Below, one piece after another: positions 8,443 through 15,926 of a stretch of DNA of 64,000 nucleotides (position 1 is its first letter; every line of letters starts with the position of its first letter). The stretch is from a virus, in the IMG/VR virus record IMGVR_UViG_3300000101_000006, positions 9,267-73,266 of that record. One strand, given 5' to 3'. Under the pieces are notes generated by a model. That model worked only from the letters and a program-made list of their open reading frames with translations, had not been told where the DNA came from and did no database searches. Position numbers and translations under genes: made by a program.

Positions 8443-8471
8443 TTGACAAGATACTCCAAACGGATTACATT
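8443..8471 (+). promoter_or_regulatory. sigma70-type early promoter without palindrome
   Basis: TTGACA 8443-8448; 17 nt spacer; TACATT 8466-8471. Confidence 0.8.
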
Positions 8472-8523
8472 ATAAACAACAGAACAACTCAGTTCTCAAA
8501 ACCCCCGATCTAGGAGATCAACA

Positions 8524-8817
8524 ATGGCTATTAACCATAACGTCCAACTTCAGTCAATGCTTTACTCTTTCAACAATTCTGCTTTGTATCTCGGCAACAC
8601 CAAGGTCGAAAGCATGGAGATGCTTGTTCCTCAGATGGTAAAGGCGTTCACCCAGTTAAGAGATCAAATCAGATCAATCCCAGTAAGTGACTGCCCTTAT
8701 CAAAAAGAGTGGGCACAAGCGACCATTAAGGAGGCCTTCGGACTCATCGACCTCATCAGTGAGACAGGGATGATGCCACTTGTTTACGAACAAGCAACAA
8801 AGCAAGACCGTAAATAA
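8524..8817 (+). CDS. Hypothetical protein
   Basis: 97 aa; AGGAG RBS. Confidence 0.7.
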   Translation: MAINHNVQLQSMLYSFNNSALYLGNTKVESMEMLVPQMVKAFTQLRDQIRSIPVSDCPYQKEWAQATIKEAFGLIDLISETGMMPLVYEQATKQDRK

Positions 8818-8834
8818 GGGCAACATAGAACGAA

Positions 8835-8899
8835 CGGACAGAAAATGTCCGTTCAACTAACACTTTTCATTTGACAACTCATCCATAACAGATTACATT
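8835..8899 (+). promoter_or_regulatory. Early promoter cassette 9 (class I)
   Basis: CGGACA-GAAAA-TGTCCG 8835-8851 (extends to GAACGGACA/TGTCCGTTC); TTGACA 8871-8876; TACATT 8894-8899. Confidence 0.85.
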
Positions 8900-8949
8900 A
8901 TAAACAATAGAACAACTCAGTTCTCAAAACCCCTCGCTCAGGAGAGCAT

Positions 8950-9609
8950 ATGACTTATAAAACTTCAACCCTTAACAACTTCGTTGGAACTTCCGAGCCT
9001 ACTTTCGTAGGTAACACTCAAATTGATGGTTACATCAATGATCGCCCTGTCGTCTTGCGTCGCCTTAAGAATGGTACAGTGATGCCCTGCGTAGGTACTA
9101 CCCTGCCTACCTCGATGGGTATGGGACGTGTTCGTGGTACTATGGACGGCAATCTTCTTGTAGACATCGTGTCTTTCAATGGAGCCTATATGTGGGAAAA
9201 TGCCGATGGTAGCGACATCTTCGATGCCGAAGAAAAAGTCGCAATGCTTAACGGATGTCTTCGACGTTCGCTAGACTCCATCATCGCAGACTACACTAGA
9301 GTCCACAAGTCCGAGATTACGGGCAAGTTAAGCCCTAGTCGTCAAGAAAAGTTAGATGCCTACTTGCCCGAGATTACCGACCGTACCCTGTCTATGTCTT
9401 TCAGTCCTCGAGTAATTGGGATGAATACTCCAATTATGTATGATGAAGTCAAGACTCCTAAGATGACCCCTGCTGAACGTCGTAAGCAACGAGCCTTAGA
9501 GGTTGCCGAGATCCAACGGATTGCTGATGCGATGTTAGAAGATGAGGTCGTACCGAGCGATGTCCAAGACGAGTTGGATGAAATGTTCGGTAATGATGGG
9601 GAGTTCTAA
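8950..9609 (+). CDS. Hypothetical protein
   Basis: 219 aa; AGGAG RBS. Confidence 0.75.
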   Translation: MTYKTSTLNNFVGTSEPTFVGNTQIDGYINDRPVVLRRLKNGTVMPCVGTTLPTSMGMGRVRGTMDGNLLVDIVSFNGAYMWENADGSDIFDAEEKVAMLNGCLRRSLDSIIADYTRVHKSEITGKLSPSRQEKLDAYLPEITDRTLSMSFSPRVIGMNTPIMYDEVKTPKMTPAERRKQRALEVAEIQRIADAMLEDEVVPSDVQDELDEMFGNDGEF

Positions 9610-9634
9610 ACCCTCGACCCACAGGGGAATGTAG

Positions 9635-9680
9635 AAGGCTCTATGATGTCGGTAGCCCCGACGTTGTAGGGCTTTTGTTT
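9635..9680 (+). terminator. Long intrinsic terminator hairpin
   Basis: 18-bp stem (9635-9652 with 9658-9675) including five G-U pairs, followed by a U-rich tail. Confidence 0.7.
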
Positions 9681-9732
9681 TATCCGAGACACTTACTTTA
9701 CATAACTATAAAGAGAAAAAAAGATTCCCATT

Positions 9733-9796
9733 CGGTCAGAAAGTGTCCGAAAAGAACGTCCTTTGGTTTGACAGGTAGGTCAAAACGTGATACATT
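9733..9796 (+). promoter_or_regulatory. Early promoter cassette 10 (class I)
   Basis: CGGTCA-GAAAG-TGTCCG 9733-9749; TTGACA 9768-9773; TACATT 9791-9796. Confidence 0.85.
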
Positions 9797-9818
9797 CTAG
9801 TATAACCAAGGAGTTCAA

Positions 9819-10847
9819 ATGACTAAACAATCTCTTCAAACTATCGCAATCATCGCAATCTATACAATCGCGATTGCCTACGTTATTCTGTGTACCTTTC
9901 AAACCATCGAGAATCTCGAACTCCTAGGAGCATCTATGCTAGCATTCAAACCATCTTTTTCTGTTGACTCACTTGTCTCAAAGTCTCGTAAGTATGGGGA
10001 GTCTAGCCACAATCGAAACTTTTGTGGTCTACATACCCCAATCTACCGAGTGATTAACTTTGCACAGGACTGGATCCTACAACACCGTATCGCTCGGGAC
10101 TTTATGATGAATACCTCTAGAGGTCAGGCAAAGTGGATAGTTCAGAATGACGATGCTCTTTCAATCCAAATGGCATATGGCTACAGTACCGTAAAAATCG
10201 GTGCTCGCACAATCTTCGCAGTTGATGAGAACACTCGTACCATCTATCACATCGACAGTACCGGGGTCCTACAGGTTACCGACTACTATCAAGACTACGA
10301 TATGAGTGACGTCAACGCTCAAGTCCTCGAAGTTCTCGAGGTTATAGCAGATCACTACAATGCCGAGAAATACGAGGCTTTAGACAATGATGCAAAACAA
10401 TATGATTGGCAGTTGATGTCCGATACTTGCGAGTTTACCGAGCGTACCGAGTGGAATAGAGCAACCGTAAAAGTATGGTGTCTTAACTTCTCTAAGACGT
10501 CGGTAGAATGGGAACGACAGTATGGTCGTATCAATCGCAACGGCTCGGTATCATACAAGACTGAGAAAGGCGATTACCCTAAGGCATATAAGGTCGCTAT
10601 TGGCGACGTCGTAGCGTGGGTTCCTCACTCTATAATGTCGAGTCGCACGACGTTGCACGGTGGACGTGTAGTAATCCATAAAGGGGATGATAACTTTTTG
10701 GGATGTTACACACACGCTCAGCCAATCGACCTACCTGTCTGGTGGCTCGAGAAAACCGTAGGTGTAGACTGGTCTGATAAGGTCGAGCCTATCGGACGTT
10801 CAGCATACATCAAGATGGTACAAAGAAAACGTCGTTGGAACCGATGA
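9819..10847 (+). CDS. Hypothetical protein with N-terminal TM segment and a possible internal start at 9936
   Basis: Hydrophobic IAIIAIYTIAIAYVILC; internal AGGAG-CATCT-ATG in frame. Confidence 0.7.
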   Translation: MTKQSLQTIAIIAIYTIAIAYVILCTFQTIENLELLGASMLAFKPSFSVDSLVSKSRKYGESSHNRNFCGLHTPIYRVINFAQDWILQHRIARDFMMNTSRGQAKWIVQNDDALSIQMAYGYSTVKIGARTIFAVDENTRTIYHIDSTGVLQVTDYYQDYDMSDVNAQVLEVLEVIADHYNAEKYEALDNDAKQYDWQLMSDTCEFTERTEWNRATVKVWCLNFSKTSVEWERQYGRINRNGSVSYKTEKGDYPKAYKVAIGDVVAWVPHSIMSSRTTLHGGRVVIHKGDDNFLGCYTHAQPIDLPVWWLEKTVGVDWSDKVEPIGRSAYIKMVQRKRRWNR

Positions 10848-10937
10848 TGTAGAACATCCTATGAGGCCGGTAGCACCGGCCTTGTTCGAGGTCCCACTTA
10901 CTTTACATAACTATGGGGAGCGGATCCGCTTTGCAAC

Positions 10938-11002
10938 CGGACATATTCTGTCCGTTAAAGTTACCCTATTTGTTTGACAGCTGTGTCTGAACGCGTTACA
11001 TT
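10938..11002 (+). promoter_or_regulatory. Early promoter cassette 11 (class I)
   Basis: CGGACA-TATTC-TGTCCG 10938-10954; TTGACA 10974-10979; TACATT 10997-11002. Confidence 0.85.
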
Positions 11003-11049
11003 ATTACTATGGAAACAATGTTGTTTTCACTTCGATCGGGAGATCAACC

Positions 11050-11484
11050 ATGGACAATACACAATCAATTCAAACCATCCGTTACAACGCTAACATGATA
11101 CTTAGCACCTCACGCGCTACGACTGCAACCCTGCCTAACTATCGTTACCTTTTAAATCTTGGTAAGCGCATGGATGCGATCTCTGCATCTATTCGTTCTA
11201 TTGGTGAAGACTTTGAGAATGAACCAGTCGCCAACACGGTGGCGAACTCTATCCATAAGGCTATCAGCAATTTGATCCCCATCGTTCCAGTGTTGGACTT
11301 TGATCATGATGGTGTAGGTGAAGACCTCAACATTTTGGTGAGCAAGGCTATCGCTATTCTTGATGACTGTGATGAGGGTGGTTTAGGTTCGACGTTGTCG
11401 GATAGGTTCAACACCTTTATCCGAATGATGGAGATCCATGAAGAGTTAGAATTAGAATGGCTCGAGATGTTAGCAAACGATTAA
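11050..11484 (+). CDS. Hypothetical helical protein
   Basis: 144 aa; GGGAG RBS. Confidence 0.7.
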   Translation: MDNTQSIQTIRYNANMILSTSRATTATLPNYRYLLNLGKRMDAISASIRSIGEDFENEPVANTVANSIHKAISNLIPIVPVLDFDHDGVGEDLNILVSKAIAILDDCDEGGLGSTLSDRFNTFIRMMEIHEELELEWLEMLAND

Positions 11485-11506
11485 GGTTTGTTGCCTTTCC
11501 TTTTTT

Positions 11507-11534
11507 GCCTGCGCTTTTTAGCGTGGGCTTTTTT
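11507..11534 (+). terminator. Intrinsic terminator closing the early region
   Basis: GCCTGCGCT-TTTT-AGCGTGGGC followed by TTTTTT. Confidence 0.7.
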
Positions 11535-11768
11535 GTGGGGACCCCCTCCCCCTACACCCTCGAGAGAGCCGATGAAATAAGTACTTACTAATGGGTTTTC
11601 GCCCACGAGCGCAGCGAGGTACATTTATACCCTCTACAAAATTTCCCAGAATCGAACTTACCCATTCGGACCGGCATTATAGAACTTTTGAAGAAAGGTT
11701 CCGAAAAAATTTCTTAAAAAAATTTTCAGGACTTTCACTTCCCTACTTACTTTAGGAGGGATCGCATT

Positions 11769-13295
11769 ATGTTACTATTAGCGCTACTATGGGCATGTTC
11801 AGACATCGCCATCAATGAGGTTAAACAACCAGAGATTATCGTCGCACCAAACACACTGGACTTCGGACACTTACTTTCGGGACATGAGTCAGATACAATG
11901 ACCGTCACGATTGCGAACGGGGGCGCAGCAGATCTTGTTGTGGACCACCTAGAGCTCGACGGAGAAAATTATTTTGTTGATGAGAGTGGCTTTACAGTTC
12001 CAGCCGGTGGTTGGCACCAGATTGAAGTGGGATATGCACCAAGAACTTTGGAGCACAACGAAGGATACTTAGATATCTATTTAGAGGGCGATGAAGAGCC
12101 TTCTGAGGGCGTCTGGTTAAATGGGAATGGTGATGCACCTGTAATTAATGTAACGCCGTCTACGCTTGATTTTGGAAGCCCTTTGTTGGGATGTGATACA
12201 ACGACTGAAATTACCATTCAGAATGATGGAAACGTTGATTTAATTGTTGACGATATTGATATTATGGCTTCAGTGCCGCCGGACATCACAATTAATTTTG
12301 GAACGTTGCCGGAATTACCATGGACATTGGCTCCAAATGCGAGAATTGAGTTTTTTGCGAGTTATGTTCCGTTAGATACGAATGATGACCTTACCATGTA
12401 CGACATTTCTTCAAGCGACCCATTGACTCCGATATATAATGCTACGGCAGAAGGTACGGCAGTGTTGTCAAACGAAAGGATCCAGCGATGGATTCAAGAT
12501 TCGAAATTAATTGTCGACATTATCTGGGTTATTGATAATTCAGGTTCTATGTCTGTCTACCAAAGTATGCTTGGACAGAATATGGCCGACTTTATGCAAG
12601 TGTTTCTATCATATTCGCCTGATTTTCAAATTACTTTTATCACAACCGACTCGCCCGAGCTAATCGGACTAATTTCTTCGCAAAACTCTACAGATCCTTT
12701 AAATGAATCCGTTGCTGCGATTAACTCTATCGGAATTACAGGGTCTGGTTGGGAAAAAGGGTTGCAGATGCTAAGAGATTGCATGATTGGTGGCGAATGT
12801 GCTACATGGATGAGACCGGATGCGACTCTTATCGCGATTTTTTTGTCGGATGAGCCTGACAACTCGCCTATTACGGTAAACTCACTTATCGCAGATATCG
12901 ACTCTGTAAAGCCGGACAAGTTTATTCCATATGCGATCATTGGCGACGTGCCTCAAGGATGCCCATCGGGGTCTGGTTGGAATACTCAACCAGGTTGGGG
13001 CTATTACGATATTGTGCAACACTATGGTTCGCAATGGTGGAGCATTTGTGGTGAAGATTGGGGCACAAAGATGGAAGAGATTGCTTTAGAGGTTTCGATA
13101 CAAACTGTTTTCGAGCTAGATTCCGAAGATCCGCATCTCGACACGCTTCGCGTGTGGATTAATGGACAACTAGCTGCATCTGGATGGGAATATGACGAGC
13201 TTTTAAATGCTGTTGTGTTTACTTATGAAGATGCTCCGGAACAAGGGGACACTTTGGAGATTGGATATTCTACTTGGGGCTGTGAACCTGAGTAA
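11769..13295 (+). CDS. Putative lipoprotein: two Ig-like choice-of-anchor D/ASH domains plus a vWA domain
   Basis: Signal MLLLALLWA-C; repeats I.V.P..LDFG and I.N.G...L.V..I; MIDAS VDIIWVIDNSGSM and IFLSDE. Confidence 0.75.
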   Translation: MLLLALLWACSDIAINEVKQPEIIVAPNTLDFGHLLSGHESDTMTVTIANGGAADLVVDHLELDGENYFVDESGFTVPAGGWHQIEVGYAPRTLEHNEGYLDIYLEGDEEPSEGVWLNGNGDAPVINVTPSTLDFGSPLLGCDTTTEITIQNDGNVDLIVDDIDIMASVPPDITINFGTLPELPWTLAPNARIEFFASYVPLDTNDDLTMYDISSSDPLTPIYNATAEGTAVLSNERIQRWIQDSKLIVDIIWVIDNSGSMSVYQSMLGQNMADFMQVFLSYSPDFQITFITTDSPELIGLISSQNSTDPLNESVAAINSIGITGSGWEKGLQMLRDCMIGGECATWMRPDATLIAIFLSDEPDNSPITVNSLIADIDSVKPDKFIPYAIIGDVPQGCPSGSGWNTQPGWGYYDIVQHYGSQWWSICGEDWGTKMEEIALEVSIQTVFELDSEDPHLDTLRVWINGQLAASGWEYDELLNAVVFTYEDAPEQGDTLEIGYSTWGCEPE

Positions 13296-13400
13296 TATTT
13301 ACATAATGTGTCCGAAAATCGTATTAAGTTCGTGAATGAGAGTTTAAAGTGAAAAAAATTTGGCGAAATCTCTTTCACGGGCTTATGTCTTTCGTGTCGC

Positions 13401-13408
13401 ACTATTTA
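13401..13408 (+). promoter_or_regulatory. Candidate phage late promoter ACTA(A/T)TTA
   Basis: Same 8-mer in short intergenic gaps at 13401, 15915, 20458, 40164, 49968 and 60001. Confidence 0.6.
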
Positions 13409-13424
13409 ATTCGAGGGTGCGATC

Positions 13425-13784
13425 ATGAAAATTAGAATTAAAATCAAAAAGAAGCTCGAAGAGATCTCTGCAATGGGTGGAGATGGTGGTGGTGATGTTC
13501 AAGGCAGCGCAGGAAGTGCTGCTAAGCCAGCAAAGCATCCGGATGACCTTCCTGATGGCGGGCTGGTCGAAATGTTCTCCACCCAAGGGATACAAGGTGG
13601 GATTACCATATCCCTATCCGCTGGTGATGCGCATCATTGGGGTCACGTCCAACGTTCTAAGGCTCAAGGGCTACGAAACGTCATGGAAGAAGACACGGAA
13701 GAGATGGAAGAGGAAGCTATAGACGAAAAACTTCAAGAAATTCAACAATTTCGAAAGAAAATGCTGCGAAACCTTCGAAAATAG
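13425..13784 (+). CDS. Low-complexity protein with a basic N-terminus ending in LEE (candidate head protein)
   Basis: MKIRIKIKKKLEE; Gly-rich and acidic segments; follows the late motif. Confidence 0.65.
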   Translation: MKIRIKIKKKLEEISAMGGDGGGDVQGSAGSAAKPAKHPDDLPDGGLVEMFSTQGIQGGITISLSAGDAHHWGHVQRSKAQGLRNVMEEDTEEMEEEAIDEKLQEIQQFRKKMLRNLRK

Positions 13785-13810
13785 TGTATAATGTACTTAG
13801 GAGGTATGAT

Positions 13811-15103
13811 ATGAAAGAATTATTTGAAGTAATGGGGAAGCTCAAGGACGGTCGGAATGGCGATGTGGTCACTTTTGACTTTGACAACACAGTTGTTAAG
13901 TCCTTTTCCAACAAAACAGTCGATGGCGAAGAGCAATATCAGTTCGGCGGCATCAATAAAGAGATTATTAAGCGAATTAAAACGTTTAAGAAAGAGGGTA
14001 AGACGGTTTTTATCGTTACATCTCGCCAAAATCACTTAGAAAACCCTGAGTCTTCGGTAAAATCATTACTAAGAGACTTAAAAATCGAAGTTGATGGTGT
14101 CTTCTATACTAACGGAGAACCAAAAGCACAGAAATTGTACGAACTAGGCTCAACATTGCACTATGATGATGACCCTGCAGAGCGTGAAGCCATTGAAGCT
14201 TACAAGAATTTACATAAAAACTTCAACATATTGGTGAAAGACCCTGAAGAGTTGGTTAAAGATATTGATGCTATAGCTAAAGGCGTCATTATTACCTCCG
14301 ATCACAAGATCATTATAGCTCAAAGGTCAGATTCATACGAGTGGGATGCACCCGGTGGACATATACAGGACGGTGAAGAGGCTAATTTTGCCTTTTGGCG
14401 GGAAGTAAAAGAAGAGTTAGGTATGGAAGTCGAAGAAGTTAAGTTCCTTGACAAGGCGGAAACCACTTGGAAGGGTGTAACAAAGGATTCTTTCTATTTT
14501 TTTGGTAGAACAAGCCAACCATCAGACATGCTTGAAGGTATAATCAATCTGCAATGGGAGGTTTCTGATTGGTTCTGTGGTGATTATGAAGAAGTACTCC
14601 GGAAATGCAAGGGAAATGCAACGCAAAATCTCACAAACGTGTTAAACATGTTGCAACATCAGCAAGAGATGATTGAATCGTATCAATACAAACCTAGAAG
14701 TAGTATTCTCAAAGAAAGGAACTATCAAAAAAACTCTTCTAAGCTAAAGAGCTACACCAGTGATGCGAATCAGCTTCTAAGCACTGGGCCTCAGTCTGAT
14801 GGGTCTCCATATAAGGACATGAGAGCTATAAAAGGCAAGTCAGCACCTCCAGGAGCTCCCGGTGGAGGCATCGGACCAGCCCTTGAAGAGTCAGAAGACA
14901 AAAAGATTCAAAAAAAAATAAAAATATCCATCATTTCCGATCTCGATGAGAAGAAGAAGCGCAAGAAACGCAAAAAGAAGAGAAAATCTCGGAAATCTGC
15001 AGCCAAAGTAGGTTCTTTTTGGCCATACGGAGGATATTCTACCCATCATAACGACTCTGACGGAGGAGACGGTGGTGGAGATGCCGGCGGCGGAGGTGAG
15101 TAA
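13811..15103 (+). CDS. HAD-family phosphatase + NUDIX hydrolase fusion with a low-complexity tail
   Basis: HAD motif I FDFDNT; Nudix box GGHIQDGEEANFAFWREVKEELG; poly-Lys/Arg and Gly/Asp tail; AGGAGG RBS favours ATG 13811. Confidence 0.85.
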   Translation: MKELFEVMGKLKDGRNGDVVTFDFDNTVVKSFSNKTVDGEEQYQFGGINKEIIKRIKTFKKEGKTVFIVTSRQNHLENPESSVKSLLRDLKIEVDGVFYTNGEPKAQKLYELGSTLHYDDDPAEREAIEAYKNLHKNFNILVKDPEELVKDIDAIAKGVIITSDHKIIIAQRSDSYEWDAPGGHIQDGEEANFAFWREVKEELGMEVEEVKFLDKAETTWKGVTKDSFYFFGRTSQPSDMLEGIINLQWEVSDWFCGDYEEVLRKCKGNATQNLTNVLNMLQHQQEMIESYQYKPRSSILKERNYQKNSSKLKSYTSDANQLLSTGPQSDGSPYKDMRAIKGKSAPPGAPGGGIGPALEESEDKKIQKKIKISIISDLDEKKKRKKRKKKRKSRKSAAKVGSFWPYGGYSTHHNDSDGGDGGGDAGGGGE

Positions 15104-15237
15104 TGCCAAATGAAGAGTATGCGATAGCAAAAATGATGCAAACAACAGTTTTTATGCTATTTATGTTGTTCATCGGAGTATTTTTTGGTCCTGAGTGGTC
15201 AATTATTGCTTTGTTAAGTTTAATTTACATGAGGTAG
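15103..15237 (+). CDS. Small hydrophobic membrane peptide (44 aa, not in ORF track)
   Basis: TAATG-coupled; MPNEEYAIAKMMQTTVFMLFMLFIGVFFGPEWSIIALLSLIYMR*. Confidence 0.5.
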   Translation: MPNEEYAIAKMMQTTVFMLFMLFIGVFFGPEWSIIALLSLIYMR

Positions 15238-15245
15238 TAGCAACT

Positions 15246-15620
15246 ATGAAGATTTCAAAAGAAAAATTGATTCAAATAATCAAAGAAGAGTGCGATAATG
15301 CTATGGGTGGCAGTGCAATGGACCACATAGACATGGAAGGGAAGATGGCTAAGAGACAATTGTCTCAAATTGCTGAATATTCAGCAGAATTAGAGCAAAT
15401 GTTGATGGATGATACGCAATTAGAGGCCTGGGTTCAAGCAAAACTCACAAAAGCAGCTGATTATATCAAAACGGTGAAGCATTATGTCGAATATGGCATG
15501 AAAGAAGGCGAATATGACCAAGTTAATGGCGAAATGGTTGACCAAGCAGTACCAAATGTTGCAAATGCAGTAGAAATGATTGATTTGAAACAAATTGGAA
15601 GCGATATTTACGAATATTAG
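15246..15620 (+). CDS. MKISKEKL-family protein (candidate head protein)
   Basis: Starts MKISKEKLIQIIKEE; GAGG RBS gives start 15246. Confidence 0.7.
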   Translation: MKISKEKLIQIIKEECDNAMGGSAMDHIDMEGKMAKRQLSQIAEYSAELEQMLMDDTQLEAWVQAKLTKAADYIKTVKHYVEYGMKEGEYDQVNGEMVDQAVPNVANAVEMIDLKQIGSDIYEY

Positions 15621-15625
15621 ATAAA

Positions 15626-15919
15626 ATGAGCAAGAAAATCATCATAAAAGACGAAAAAAAGTTCAAATCGATGAAAAATAGCGCACTTGGATCGTCAAGA
15701 GTAGCTAATTTGGAGATTGGAGACATCGTTTCTTGGAGTTCTTGGGCTTGGGAGCTAGATCAGGACGTCTTTGAGGACAAAGAAGGCCTACTATTGGAGA
15801 TAATAGAAGAAACTAGGCTCACTAATATCGTGTTAATAGCCAAAATAATGCCCTTTGGGAGCAATGAGTATGAATTTATACCACTACTTTCATTGAAAAA
15901 AAGCCTAAAAAGAGACTAA
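15626..15919 (+). CDS. Small protein with SH3-like GDIV motif
   Basis: LEIGDIVSW. Confidence 0.6.
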   Translation: MSKKIIIKDEKKFKSMKNSALGSSRVANLEIGDIVSWSSWAWELDQDVFEDKEGLLLEIIEETRLTNIVLIAKIMPFGSNEYEFIPLLSLKKSLKRD

Positions 15920-15926
15920 TTATAGT

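Noticed and set aside
214-10954. The palindrome fits the yeast Gal4 consensus CGG-N11-CCG
   Set aside because: The context is bacterial promoters and Shine-Dalgarno sites, and no Zn2Cys6 protein is seen. Treated as coincidence.
214-10954. The palindromes as integron attC or tyrosine-recombinase core sites
   Set aside because: Arms are 6-9 bp with a 5-bp spacer, there are no GTTRRRY/RYYYAAC ends, no integrase is in the window, and fixed phasing to the -35 fits a transcription factor better.
214-11002. CRISPR array or mini-array interpretation of the recurring repeats
   Set aside because: Copies are hundreds to thousands of bases apart, separated by whole genes, and always followed by -35/-10 boxes. 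There are no constant-length spacers and no cas operon.
13298-13314. Extra palindrome copy (TTTACA-TAATG-TGTCCG)
   Set aside because: Only the right arm matches, and no -35 box follows at either spacing.
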